Both the position numbers and the translations under genes were made by a program. The notes under the pieces are model-generated. The model did not search any database and had not been told where the DNA came from. It was given only the letters and a program-made list of their open reading frames with translations. A DNA stretch of 58,852 bases, taken from NCBI GenBank assembly GCA_028866135.1, contig JAGWIS010000002.1:1-58852 (forward strand), written 5' to 3'. Source of the stretch: Patescibacteria group bacterium. GTDB taxonomy: Bacteria; Patescibacteriota; Minisyncoccia; Phycocordibacterales; Phycocordibacteraceae. Below are positions 1 to 8,899 of this stretch, in pieces. How positions within the stretch are numbered: position 1 is the first letter of the stretch; each line of letters starts with the position of its first letter.

Positions 1-16
1 TTTTTCATGGGGTATA

Positions 17-75
17 CCCAGTGAGATAAAAACTCTCGGGCGCACAACATAGCGAATAAGAGACATCTCATGGGG
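17..75. repeat. Short hairpin element, a variant of the CCCCRTGAGATAA / TTATCTCAYGGGG inverted-repeat family. Its right arm contains the ATG of the SDR gene.
   Basis: CCCAGTGAGATAA at 17-29 pairs with CATCTCATGGGG at 64-75. A 13-nt direct repeat TCATGGGGTATAC occurs at 5-17 and 68-80. Confidence 0.35.
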
Positions 76-867
76 TATACTTTCCGCATGGAACAGAAAC
101 CGATTTCCGAACTCATGAGCCTCTCGGGGAAGTCCGTGATCGTGACGGGCGGCGCGATGGGCATCGGCTTTGCGATTGCGAGTCGGCTCGCGGAAGCGGG
201 GGCGAAGGTGCTTGTTGCGGATAAGGACGCGGCCGCCGCGGAAGCGGCGGCCGCGAAGATCGGCGGAGCCGCGATATCCGTCGACGTTTCGGAGGGAGCG
301 CAGGTGGAGGCGATGGTCGCCAAAGCAGTTGCGGAGTTCGGCGGCGTCGACATTCTCGTCAATAACGCCGGCATCTATCCGCAGAAGCTCGTGATGGACT
401 CGACAAAGGAAGATTTCGAAAAGATTGTCCACGTAAATCTCATGGGCGCATTCTTTGCGGCGAAAGCCGCGGCGAAGCAGATGATCGCGCAGGGCAGGGG
501 CGGCAAGATCATCAACATCACTTCAGTCGATGCACTCCACCCATCCTCGACCGGCCTCGCTTTCTACGATGCGTCAAAGCACGGCCTCTGGGGCTTCACG
601 AAGAATCTCGCGCTCGAGCTCGCCCTGCACAAGATCTGGGTGAACGCGATTGCCCCGGGCGGCGTCGCCACTCCTGGGACGGGGCTCGGCAAGCCCGTCG
701 ACCCCGCGTTTGCGGCTCTGATGGAACCGTTTATGAAAAAGATCCCGATGCACCGCATGGCGGATGCGGATGAAATTGGGAAAGTCGCGCTCTTCCTCGC
801 TTCCGACCTCTCGTCCTACATGACCGGCTCGCAGGTCGTCGTCGACGGCGGTGTTCTTCTTGCGTAA
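70..867 (+). CDS. SDR-family oxidoreductase (3-oxoacyl-ACP reductase-like)
   Basis: TGGAMGIG Rossmann motif, NNAG, and the catalytic YDASK (YxxxK) motif; 265 aa. Confidence 0.9.
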   Translation: MGYTFRMEQKPISELMSLSGKSVIVTGGAMGIGFAIASRLAEAGAKVLVADKDAAAAEAAAAKIGGAAISVDVSEGAQVEAMVAKAVAEFGGVDILVNNAGIYPQKLVMDSTKEDFEKIVHVNLMGAFFAAKAAAKQMIAQGRGGKIINITSVDALHPSSTGLAFYDASKHGLWGFTKNLALELALHKIWVNAIAPGGVATPGTGLGKPVDPAFAALMEPFMKKIPMHRMADADEIGKVALFLASDLSSYMTGSQVVVDGGVLLA

Positions 868-926
868 AATCCTATCTATTGTATATTGAACGCATCGGCC
901 CGCGAGGCCATTTTTATTTGTATGGA

Positions 927-966
927 CCCCGTAGTAAAACTCACAAAAGCCTCGTTTACTACGGGG
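927..966. repeat. Perfect 12-bp hairpin CCCCGTAGTAAA / TTTACTACGGGG between the SDR gene and typA
   Basis: The inverted repeat was read directly. Related CCCCGTAG-initiated hairpins occur at 44153-44192 and 45097-45128. Confidence 0.6.
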
Positions 967-991
967 CGAGAATCCGTAACAACATTTATGT

Positions 992-2830
992 ATGGAGATT
1001 AGAAATATCGCGATTATTGCGCACGTAGACCACGGAAAGACCGCGCTCACTGACGCTATCCTGAAGCAGACAGGCGCCGCTTCCGAGGGTACTTCGATGG
1101 ACTCAAACGCACTCGAGCGCGAGCGCGGCATCACCATTTACGCGAAAAACGCAGCGGTCGAATACAAGGGCACGAAGATCAATATCGTCGACACGCCCGG
1201 GCACGCCGACTTCGGCAGCGAAGTCGAGCGTGTGCTGCGCTCTATCGACTCCGTGCTGCTCGTCGTCGATGCGCAGGAAGGCCCGATGCCGCAGACGCGT
1301 TTCGTGTTGAAGAAGTCCCTTGAGCTCGGCCTGAAGCCCATCCTCGTGCTCAATAAAATCGACAAGCCGGCGGCGAATCCGGCCCGTTCGGAAGAGCAAG
1401 TGCTCGAACTTTTCCTCGAGCTCGGTGCAAGCGATGAGCAGTCGAACTTTCCGGTCATCTACTCGATCGGGCGCGAGGGCATCGCTATCAAGAATTTGGC
1501 CGACGAGCGCAAAGATCTCACGCCGCTCCTCGACACCATCCTCGAGAAAGTGCCGCCGGCAAATGCGAACGCCGATGCGACCGCGCCCCTCATGCTCCAG
1601 CCCTTCAATCTCGCCTACGACAACTTCCTCGGACGGCTTGCGGTCGGCCGCATCTACTCCGGCACCGTGCGCCCCAATCAGAGCGTATTCATAAAGAAGC
1701 CGGACGGCACGACGCGCGCAGGCCGCACGACGAAAGTCTTTACTTTCAAAGGCCTCGACCGCGTCGAGGCGGCGGAGGCGAGCGCGGGCGACATCGCGCT
1801 TATCGCCGGTCTTCCCGACATCTACATCGGCGAGACGGTCACGACCGACGAGAGCGCCGCGCCCCTGCCGGCGATCGCGGTCGACGAGCCGACTATCGCG
1901 CTCAATTTCTTCGTAAACAATTCGCCCTTTGCCGGGCGGGAAGGGAAGTTCGTGACGAGCCGCCAGATCCGCGACCGTCTCGAGAAGGAGCTTGAAGTGA
2001 ACGTCGGCCTCAAGGTCGATTTCGGCAGCGCCCTAAACGCTTCGCGAAGCGAAGCGTCGGGCGAACATGTCAAGCATGTTTTAGCCGAATCATTTCACGT
2101 CTCCGGCCGCGGAGAGCTCCACATCGCGGTCCTTCTCGAAAATATGCGCCGCGAGGGCTACGAGCTCCAGGTCTCCCAGCCGCACGTCATCATCCGCGAG
2201 GAGAACGGCGTAAAGCTCGAGCCGTTTGAGGAAGTCATCATCGACACCCCGTCGGAATTCCAGGGTGCCATAATCGAAAAGCTCGGCATGCGCGCATTCG
2301 TGCTCCAGAATCTCGTGCAGCACGGCGACATCGTCCGGCTTACGCTTATCGGCCCGACGCGCGGACTTCTCGGCTACAAGAGCAGTTTCGTCGTCGACAC
2401 GCGCGGTGAGGGCATTCTCTCTTCGCGCGTCACCGGCTTCCAGCCATACGCCGGCGAAATCAGGAAGCGCATCGTCGGCTCGATGATCTCGATGGCCGCC
2501 GGCAAGTCGCTCGGCTTCTCGCTCTGGAATCTTCAGGATCGCGGCACGCTCTACATCAAGCCCGCGACCGAAGTGTATGAGGGCATGGTCATCGGCAACA
2601 CCTCGAAAGGGGAGGAGATGGTCGTGAATCCGACGAAGGGCAAACAGCTTTCCAACATGCGCGCCTCCGGCTCCGACGAGGCCATCGTGCTCACCCCGCC
2701 GTTTGAGCTTTCCATTGAGCGTGGACTCGAAATCATGGCAGATGATGAGTATCTCGAAATCACCCCGAAATCAGTTCGTTTGCGCAAACAGCACCTCACC
2801 GAAAACGACCGCGCAAAAGCGCGCCGGTAA
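992..2830 (+). CDS. typA: Translational GTPase TypA/BipA
   Basis: N-terminus [25 protein letters not shown] and NKID G-motifs; 612 aa with BipA-type C-terminal domains. Confidence 0.95.
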   Translation: MEIRNIAIIAHVDHGKTALTDAILKQTGAASEGTSMDSNALERERGITIYAKNAAVEYKGTKINIVDTPGHADFGSEVERVLRSIDSVLLVVDAQEGPMPQTRFVLKKSLELGLKPILVLNKIDKPAANPARSEEQVLELFLELGASDEQSNFPVIYSIGREGIAIKNLADERKDLTPLLDTILEKVPPANANADATAPLMLQPFNLAYDNFLGRLAVGRIYSGTVRPNQSVFIKKPDGTTRAGRTTKVFTFKGLDRVEAAEASAGDIALIAGLPDIYIGETVTTDESAAPLPAIAVDEPTIALNFFVNNSPFAGREGKFVTSRQIRDRLEKELEVNVGLKVDFGSALNASRSEASGEHVKHVLAESFHVSGRGELHIAVLLENMRREGYELQVSQPHVIIREENGVKLEPFEEVIIDTPSEFQGAIIEKLGMRAFVLQNLVQHGDIVRLTLIGPTRGLLGYKSSFVVDTRGEGILSSRVTGFQPYAGEIRKRIVGSMISMAAGKSLGFSLWNLQDRGTLYIKPATEVYEGMVIGNTSKGEEMVVNPTKGKQLSNMRASGSDEAIVLTPPFELSIERGLEIMADDEYLEITPKSVRLRKQHLTENDRAKARR

Positions 2831-2842
2831 ATAAAATAAAAA

Positions 2843-2874
2843 GAGCTCGTGGCGCGCCATTGCGCCACGAGCTC
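2843..2874. terminator. Bidirectional hairpin terminator between the convergent genes typA and pyrE
   Basis: 13-bp stem GAGCTCGTGGCGC / GCGCCACGAGCTC, preceded by an A-run. Confidence 0.55.
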
Positions 2875-2889
2875 CCCTAATGTTCCGGC

Positions 2890-3606
2890 TCACGCCGCTC
2901 CGTACCGTTCCTGGTAGCGGAGGATAGTATCGAGCCTTTTCCCCGCCTCGCCGTTTAAGCGGGGGTTCTCCGCGTAATCCTTCTTGAGGAAGGCGACCAG
3001 GTCGGCAAGCGTGGCGACTGCCACGACGGAAATCTCATGCTGTTCCCGGAACTGCTGCATTGCCGATAGAGAGCTTTCCTCGCTCCAGCGTTCTTGCCGA
3101 TCAAGACCGATCACGCACCCAACGGGATTCCCGCCGTGCGCGCGAATGATCTGAATCGCCTCGCCGGAAGAAGATCCGGTCGTCATCACGTCATCGACGA
3201 CGATAACTCTCTTTCCTTTGACCGGCGCGCCGAGCAGGACGCCCTTTTCGGCGTGCTTTTTCGGCTCTTTGCGGTGAGAGGCGATGCCTATTTCAGGTCC
3301 CGGACCGCAGCCGTGATCCTCGCCGAGAGCAAATGATATGGCAGTAGCGAGCTGGATGCCCTTGTAAGGCGGGCCGTAGACTATCTCCGGCAGTCCCATT
3401 CCCTCGATCCGGAAAGCGTATGCCAGGCTCAGGCGCTTGAGCGCCCGATTGCTGGAGAACGCGCCGATGTCGAAGAAGTACGGGGACATTCTCCCGCCCT
3501 TCAGTTCGAACCCGCCTGGAGGAAACCGTATGGCTCCAGCGGCAAGCGCGTCTCTGACGAACCTCTCGGCATGGGTTAATTCCGTTTCCTCGCGGACAAT
3601 CTTCAT
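2890..3606 (-). CDS. pyrE: Orotate phosphoribosyltransferase
   Basis: PRPP-binding motif VIVVDDVMTTGSS and an N-terminal FELKGGRMSPYFFD motif. Confidence 0.85.
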   Translation of the reverse strand: MKIVREETELTHAERFVRDALAAGAIRFPPGGFELKGGRMSPYFFDIGAFSSNRALKRLSLAYAFRIEGMGLPEIVYGPPYKGIQLATAISFALGEDHGCGPGPEIGIASHRKEPKKHAEKGVLLGAPVKGKRVIVVDDVMTTGSSSGEAIQIIRAHGGNPVGCVIGLDRQERWSEESSLSAMQQFREQHEISVVAVATLADLVAFLKKDYAENPRLNGEAGKRLDTILRYQERYGAA

Positions 3607-3768
3607 CGTGATGCTCCTCCCTTCAATTGCAGGTTGAGATGATTACCGATGCGAAAATTTTCTTTCACAACGAACTACAGCCCGACCGGGCTGCTTCCGC
3701 GAGGAAGACTAGGCAAAAATATGCGGCGCGTCAAGCAAAAATGGCGTAGCCCCGATTTGCGGTCGGGG

Positions 3769-4299
3769 CTAGCGGGAGGCGCTCTTTCTGAAAGGAGCGG
3801 CGAGATCTTCCGATGGAACAATCTTTTCCGGAGGCAGGAGATACGTGGCACGTCGGCCTTCAATCAAAACGATTTTAACTGGCTCCCGGTGAAGCTCGAC
3901 TTCGCCGACGAGATTGCCGTTCTCGACGCGGATCCCCGACGAGGCAGGGAGGCGCTCGAGAAGGGAACGAAGGAGAGTGTCGATTGCGCCGACGGGTCCC
4001 CACAGCTCAAGGACCATCCAGAAGCTGACCTTCCGGCCGCTGATGTCCACGATAAGCACGCGGGCCTCAAACGGCTTTCGGTTCACGAATGAAATTGCGG
4101 CGTACTTCGCCACGCTCTCTTTCATGAGTTTCGGCGTCAGTCGCCCAAGAGCGCAGTCGTACTTTTCTGCCGCAAGCCGGGTCACGGCTGCGTAGAGGGC
4201 GACGTCTGCTCCGGGGAGACTGTTGGAACTCACTTCGATGTCCAGGATTTCCGAGAGGAGTCCTGGCGAGGCCGCGCGGGCCTGCTTTATTCGGGCCAT
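3769..4299 (-). CDS. Hypothetical protein. Start chosen at MARIKQ, which follows an AAGGAGG Shine-Dalgarno site.
   Basis: Open frame with an SD site 5 nt upstream of the ATG at 4299 and a hairpin plus T-run just downstream. No motif was recognised. Confidence 0.55.
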   Translation of the reverse strand: MARIKQARAASPGLLSEILDIEVSSNSLPGADVALYAAVTRLAAEKYDCALGRLTPKLMKESVAKYAAISFVNRKPFEARVLIVDISGRKVSFWMVLELWGPVGAIDTLLRSLLERLPASSGIRVENGNLVGEVELHREPVKIVLIEGRRATYLLPPEKIVPSEDLAAPFRKSASR

Positions 4300-4470
4300 G
4301 CCGCCTCCTTGGTTAAGGGTTGTACTGCCTGGCCCGAGCCTATTCTTTTTGCAGATGCGAGTCAAGCAAAAATCGCCGAAAGGCGATTTTTGCTTAGACC
4401 TCTTTGGTCCTTATTAAAGAGAAGAGCAGACATTTCACGATGTCTGCTCTTCGATAAACTCTTGGAGCTT

Positions 4471-4794
4471 TCATGTTCTGGGATGCAAGATGACAACGTT
4501 GGGTTCTGTGTTTCGATCGTCGATCTTCAGACATTCCCATGTTACAGAGTAACCGACAGCTTCATAAAGTTCTTTGAGAAGCTGGCGAACGGTGTCGCCA
4601 ACTTTTTCCGATAGATCGAATACGTTGAGGCCCCACTGGTCTGAAACTGTTCCGAAGTGCGAGCGATGCGGAAACGTAAGGGCATCATCAATCGTCTGTT
4701 CGCCCCTCCGTATCATTTCTTGTACCTTTGTCGGTTGTTCGGCGATCTTTCGCCGTACATACAGGACTGGCCATTCATTAGGTGAAAGAGCCAT
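4471..4794 (-). CDS. Hypothetical protein (107 aa)
   Basis: Open frame in an AT-richer segment, followed by the hairpin AGCAAAAATCGCC-GAAA-GGCGATTTTTGCT. No motif was recognised. Confidence 0.5.
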   Translation of the reverse strand: MALSPNEWPVLYVRRKIAEQPTKVQEMIRRGEQTIDDALTFPHRSHFGTVSDQWGLNVFDLSEKVGDTVRQLLKELYEAVGYSVTWECLKIDDRNTEPNVVILHPRT

Positions 4795-4922
4795 GATTTT
4801 TCCTTTCGGTTAAGAGTTGGATGCTTTTCTGTAACAGACTCTAGCATTTCTTATACATAATCACAAATATATAAAAACACCTCGTTTCCGAGGCATTTTT
4901 ATTCTTCCATATCGTTCTACGT

Positions 4923-5386
4923 TGGTGGAGGTGTCGAGAGTCGAACTCGAGTCCGAATCCGTCTATGAAAGCGAGTCTACGACGCATAGTCAGCGTTAGT
5001 GTCTGAGGCAGGGTGCGAGGAACGCAGACGAAACCACTCCTGCCCGATCCCCTAGAACATGCCTTTCGGCATGTTCGGGCGAACATTTGCAAAGCAAATG
5101 TTTTAGCCATTCTTTTGCCAGGAAGGGTGCCCGGCAGCATATTCTGCAGATAATTCCGCCCATCCCTCCTGCTGCAGAAACCAGGGAGGATGAACGTCGC
5201 GCAGGCGAAGAGCCGTTAGGCTGCCGCGTACGCGAACGCGAAGTCACGCATACCGAAGTACGGGGACTTCACGCTTGCAAGAGTGTTCTTGGCAAGTTTG
5301 GGTGCTCGTTGGATTTGGAGTGTCATACGAGCGTGCACTGCGTCGCACGTCTTTCAAGGAACAGACCGTCAAAGCCGGTCACCCCC
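4923..5386 (-). ncRNA. ssrA: tmRNA (SsrA)
   Basis: On the minus strand the 5' end reads GGGGGUGACCGGCUUUGACGG. The 3' end reads GGACUCGAGUUCGACUCUCGACACCUCCACCA, giving a T-arm and an acceptor stem with a G3:U70 pair. An internal tag frame ends ...DFAFAYAAA-TAA (stop at 5218-5216). smpB lies upstream on the same strand. Confidence 0.85.
5049..5109. repeat. 61-nt two-hairpin repeat inside the tmRNA; a copy of the 3' part of the GIY-YIG element at 5384-5445
   Basis: The sequence cccctagaacatgccttYcggcatgttcgggcgaacattt...aaatgttttagcca is shared by both copies. The second hairpin differs by compensatory changes. Confidence 0.7.
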
Positions 5387-5734
5387 CTAGAACATGCCTT
5401 CGGCATGTTCGGGCGAACATTTTTGTTGCAAAAATGTTTTAGCCAGAAAACATACCGTTAACTCCGCATGCCCTTTAGCCATCCTAGCAATATTTTCTTT
5501 TTCTCGCGCGCTCCCCAAAGGCTTTTGAGGAAACGTTCACGTTCGAAAGCCTCTGCTACTGATTCGAACTGCTCAGTATGAATCAGATCGAATGGCCTAC
5601 GATTGGCCGTTGCTCGAACTTGTCCATTCAGATGACGTTCCAATCGTTCAGAAATATTGCTAGTGCATCCGACGTACAGTCCACGATCCTTTTGACTGTA
5701 AAGGACGTAGACGGTGTAAGCCATGCTCTAGGGG
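5384..5734 (-). mobile_element. GIY-YIG ORF-bearing element with 13-nt terminal inverted repeats, abutting the tmRNA 5' end
   Basis: CCCCTAGAACATG at 5384-5396 versus the reverse complement of CATGCTCTAGGGG at 5722-5734 matches at 12 of 13 positions. The ORF ATG lies inside the right repeat. Confidence 0.5.
5458..5724 (-). CDS. GIY-YIG (URI-domain only) nuclease family protein
   Basis: YTVYVLYS...GLYVGCTSN..ERLERH matches the GIY-x10-YVG motif, followed by R and E residues; 88 aa. Confidence 0.85.
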   Translation of the reverse strand: MAYTVYVLYSQKDRGLYVGCTSNISERLERHLNGQVRATANRRPFDLIHTEQFESVAEAFERERFLKSLWGAREKKKILLGWLKGMRS

Positions 5735-5744
5735 ATTGATCGTC

Positions 5745-6188
5745 CTATCTATTTTTCAAAACGCGTCCCGTTTCGCGAAGTGCATCGCGCTTCTTCAAGT
5801 CTTCACGGCGGTCGGATTTTCCTTTGCCGCGGGCGATGGCGATGCGGGCTTTCACGAGCGTGCGGCTAGTATATACCTCAAGAGGGACAATTGTCAACCC
5901 TTTCTTCGACTCGGCCGCAGCGAGCGTGGCGATTTCTTTCTTTGCAAGCAAGAGGCGTCGCGGGCGCTCGGGGTCGTAGTCCTTCTTTATATTTGCCGGC
6001 TGGTACGGGGGAATGGTCATGCCGACGATGAACGCTTCGCCGCCGCGCACCACCACGCGCGCGCCTTCAAGCGAGCCAAGCTTGCTGCGGAGCGCTTTTA
6101 CTTCCTGGCCGATAAGCTCAATGCCCGCCGAGAAACTCTCGATCGGCGCGTATTTGAGCAGGGCTTTCTTATATTCGACGAGGGTCAT
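5745..6188 (-). CDS. smpB: SsrA-binding protein SmpB
   Basis: IELIGQEVKALR, PPYQPANIKKDYDPERPRRLLL and KKGLTIVPL motifs. Start taken at MTLVEYKK. Confidence 0.9.
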   Translation of the reverse strand: MTLVEYKKALLKYAPIESFSAGIELIGQEVKALRSKLGSLEGARVVVRGGEAFIVGMTIPPYQPANIKKDYDPERPRRLLLAKKEIATLAAAESKKGLTIVPLEVYTSRTLVKARIAIARGKGKSDRREDLKKRDALRETGRVLKNR

Positions 6189-6234
6189 GCAGGAGAGTAT
6201 ACCGCGCAAGACGCCAGTTCCGTTCGAAAGATCG

Positions 6235-6630
6235 TCATGGGCTCTTTCCGAACAAGAGACGGTTCACAAAGGCGAATAAGGTCTCCATCTTGAGAGGCGC
6301 TTGTTCGATGGCGACGACAAGCGCATCGTATCCGAAGTCGGGTTCTCGCGGAACAAGTCCGGAAACTTGGCAATATACATCGAACCAAAGCAGGGCGAGT
6401 CGTTTATTCCCGTCCGTTAAAGGATGATTCTTGATGAGAAGACAGAGATATGCGACCGCCTTGTCTCTCGGGGTCGGAAACCGCTCAATGCCGAAATAGT
6501 TTGCATTTACTGTTTTAACGACGGAATCCAGCGCATGCTTGTGCGATTCGCGCAGCGGGAAGCTGACTTGGCCGTTTTTATGCAGCTCGCTATACGTTCT
6601 GCACAACAGTTCTGAGATCGGGTGCATCAA
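6235..6630 (-). CDS. doc: Fic/Doc family toxin (death-on-curing type)
   Basis: HPLTDGNKRLA matches the Doc variant of the Fic motif, HxFx(D/N)GNKR; 131 aa. Confidence 0.8.
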   Translation of the reverse strand: MMHPISELLCRTYSELHKNGQVSFPLRESHKHALDSVVKTVNANYFGIERFPTPRDKAVAYLCLLIKNHPLTDGNKRLALLWFDVYCQVSGLVPREPDFGYDALVVAIEQAPLKMETLFAFVNRLLFGKSP

Positions 6631-6781
6631 TCTTTTTTTCTCCCTGATCGTATTTTTTCAAAGAGTCTATATCGCGGATGCGACGGCGGTAGGAGTGAAC
6701 GATAACGTCCGAATTCACCGAAGAAACCACGCGCGTTACTTCGCGGTTGCTCAGACGGAACATGCGTCGGAGAAATTCCAT
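6590..6781 (-). CDS. Putative cognate antitoxin; small ORF overlapping the doc start
   Basis: 63-aa frame from the ATG at 6781, directly upstream of doc and overlapping it by 41 nt. No motif was recognised, and the upstream part of the 184-aa track ORF is antisense to ftsH. Confidence 0.35.
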   Translation of the reverse strand: MEFLRRMFRLSNREVTRVVSSVNSDVIVHSYRRRIRDIDSLKKYDQGEKKIDAPDLRTVVQNV

Positions 6782-6803
6782 GCGGCCATGATAGCACACA
6801 AAC

Positions 6804-8789
6804 ATGACATACAGTATCCAGGGGAGTATAGTACCTTTCATGCCGGTTGTATCGCCGAAGAAATCCAGAAATAAGAAGGGCGGCGCCCCGACTCCGCCGC
6901 GCCGCGACTGGCGCTCATATTTCAATAACCCTTCCTTTTTCGGCAATCTCGTCACCACGATCCTCATCTTCCTCCTCCTCATGAGCGGGTACTCGCTCAT
7001 CTCGAGCTTCGTACAACCCGAGAACAGCATCCCGCTCTCGACCGTCGCGGCGGATGTCGCGGCAGGGAAGATTACGACCATCAAAGTAAACGGCGATTCG
7101 CTCGACCTCACGTATGCGGACCAGTCCGCGAAGACTTCGCGCAAGGATCCCTCCGCCGGCTTGCCGGAGACACTCGCGACCTACGGCGTAACGCCGGCGC
7201 AGCTTTCCAAGGTAGCGATTACGGTCGAGGGGCAGTCGGGATTCCAATTCTGGTTCCTTCTGCTTGCGCCGATCCTCCTCCCGCTTCTTTTCATCGGTTT
7301 CTTCTTTTGGTTCCTCTCCCGGCAGGTGAGGGGCGCGGGCATGCAGGCATTTAGTTTCGGCCAATCGAAGGCGCGCATCACCGATCCGGCCGATTCTTCG
7401 CAGCGGGTGACGTTTGCGGACGTCGCGGGCGCGCGCGAAGCAAAAGAGGAGCTGCTTGAGATCGTGGATTTCCTCAAGAGTCCGAAGAAGTTCCTCGACA
7501 TCGGCGCGCGCATACCGAAAGGCATCATCCTCATGGGCGCACCGGGCACGGGGAAGACCTTGCTTGCGCGCGCGGTCGCGGGCGAGGCGGGCGTGCCGTT
7601 CTTCTCCATTTCGGGCTCGGAATTCGTCGAGATGTTCGTCGGCGTCGGAGCATCAAGGGTGCGCGACCTCTTCCAGATGGCGAAGAAAGCTGCGCCCGCC
7701 ATCATCTTCGTCGACGAGATCGATGCGGTCGGGCGCGTGCGCGGCGCGGGAGTGGGGGGTGGGAACGACGAGCGCGAACAGACACTGAATCAAATCCTCG
7801 TCGAGATGGACGGTTTCGAGCCGACGGAGAAAGTCGTGGTCATGGCAGCGACCAACAGGCCGGACGTGCTCGACCCGGCTCTGCTTCGCCCCGGGCGCTT
7901 CGACCGGCGCGTGACGATCGACCTTCCGGACCGCCGCGATCGCGAAGAGATTCTCCAGATTCATGCGCGCAAGAAGCCCCTGGGCCCGGACGTCGTCCTC
8001 TCGGTCATCGCCGAGCGCACACCCGGCTTCTCGGGGGCAGAGCTCTACTCGCTCATGAACGAGGGCGCCATCCTCGCGGCGCGCGAGAATCGCACGGAAG
8101 TCACGCAGTACGACCTCATCCGCTCCATAGAGAAAGTGATGCTTGGTCCGGAGCGCAAGTCCCACCTGCTTACGAAAAAAGAAAAGGAGCTCACTTCCTA
8201 TCACGAAGCCGGCCACGCGCTCGTCTCCTCGGTGCTGCCGAACGCCGATCCGGTGCACAAAATTTCCATCATCAGTCGCGGTCGCGCGGCCGGCTATACG
8301 CTGAAGCTCCCGTTTGAAGACAAGAAGATGCAGTCGAAGAAACAGTTCCTCGATGACATCGCGGCGACGCTTGGCGGATACGTGGCTGAAGAAATGCTTT
8401 TTGACGACGTAACGACGGGGCCGTCGAATGATCTCATGGTCATCACCGCGCTTGCGCGCGACATGGTCGTGCGCTACGGCATGAGCGAGAAATTGGGCCC
8501 GATCTCTTTTGGCGAGCGGCAGCTCGGGAATGAGCCGTACTCCGAGAAGGTGGCTGCAGAGATAGATGCCGAAGTCTCGCGCATCATCGACGAGGCGAAG
8601 GCACGCGCGAAGAAAGTCATCGGCGAGCATCGCGGCGCGCTCGACGCCATTGCCAAAGAGCTCATAGAGCGGGAAACGATCGAGCGCGACGAGTTCGAAA
8701 AGATTTTGATTGCAAACGGCATCACGCCGAAAAAGAGGGAAGAAGAGGGTATCGTCATCGCCCCGCCCGGCTCGGGCGATATCGCATAA
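6804..8789 (+). CDS. ftsH: ATP-dependent zinc metalloprotease FtsH
   Basis: Walker A GAPGTGKT, Walker B IIFVDEID, the second region of homology, and the zinc site HEAGHAL. Two N-terminal transmembrane segments. Confidence 0.95.
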   Translation: MTYSIQGSIVPFMPVVSPKKSRNKKGGAPTPPRRDWRSYFNNPSFFGNLVTTILIFLLLMSGYSLISSFVQPENSIPLSTVAADVAAGKITTIKVNGDSLDLTYADQSAKTSRKDPSAGLPETLATYGVTPAQLSKVAITVEGQSGFQFWFLLLAPILLPLLFIGFFFWFLSRQVRGAGMQAFSFGQSKARITDPADSSQRVTFADVAGAREAKEELLEIVDFLKSPKKFLDIGARIPKGIILMGAPGTGKTLLARAVAGEAGVPFFSISGSEFVEMFVGVGASRVRDLFQMAKKAAPAIIFVDEIDAVGRVRGAGVGGGNDEREQTLNQILVEMDGFEPTEKVVVMAATNRPDVLDPALLRPGRFDRRVTIDLPDRRDREEILQIHARKKPLGPDVVLSVIAERTPGFSGAELYSLMNEGAILAARENRTEVTQYDLIRSIEKVMLGPERKSHLLTKKEKELTSYHEAGHALVSSVLPNADPVHKISIISRGRAAGYTLKLPFEDKKMQSKKQFLDDIAATLGGYVAEEMLFDDVTTGPSNDLMVITALARDMVVRYGMSEKLGPISFGERQLGNEPYSEKVAAEIDAEVSRIIDEAKARAKKVIGEHRGALDAIAKELIERETIERDEFEKILIANGITPKKREEEGIVIAPPGSGDIA

Positions 8790-8817
8790 ACCCTTCGTTG
8801 TTGTAATATGGGCGAAT

Positions 8818-8889
8818 ACGCCCGTAGCTCAATGGTAGAGCGAACGACTTATACTCGTTTGGTTGGGGGTTCGAGTCCCTCCGGGCGTA
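8818..8889 (+). tRNA. tRNA-Ile with anticodon UAU
   Basis: Manual cloverleaf: acceptor ACGCCCG/CGGGCGU, D-arm GCUC/GAGC, anticodon arm AACGA-CUUAUAC-UCGUU, T-loop UUCGAGU. Confidence 0.7.
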
Positions 8890-8899
8890 CCGATGCGAC

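Noticed and set aside
3649-4092. 147-aa plus-strand ORF and other short ORFs in the 3.6-4.4 kb region
   Set aside because: They overlap the better-supported minus-strand ORF, which has a Shine-Dalgarno site and terminator, and they have no motifs.
6590-7144. Full 184-aa minus-strand ORF upstream of doc
   Set aside because: Its upstream two-thirds is antisense to the ftsH N-terminus. Only the last 63 codons (from the ATG at 6781) were kept, as a low-confidence antitoxin candidate.
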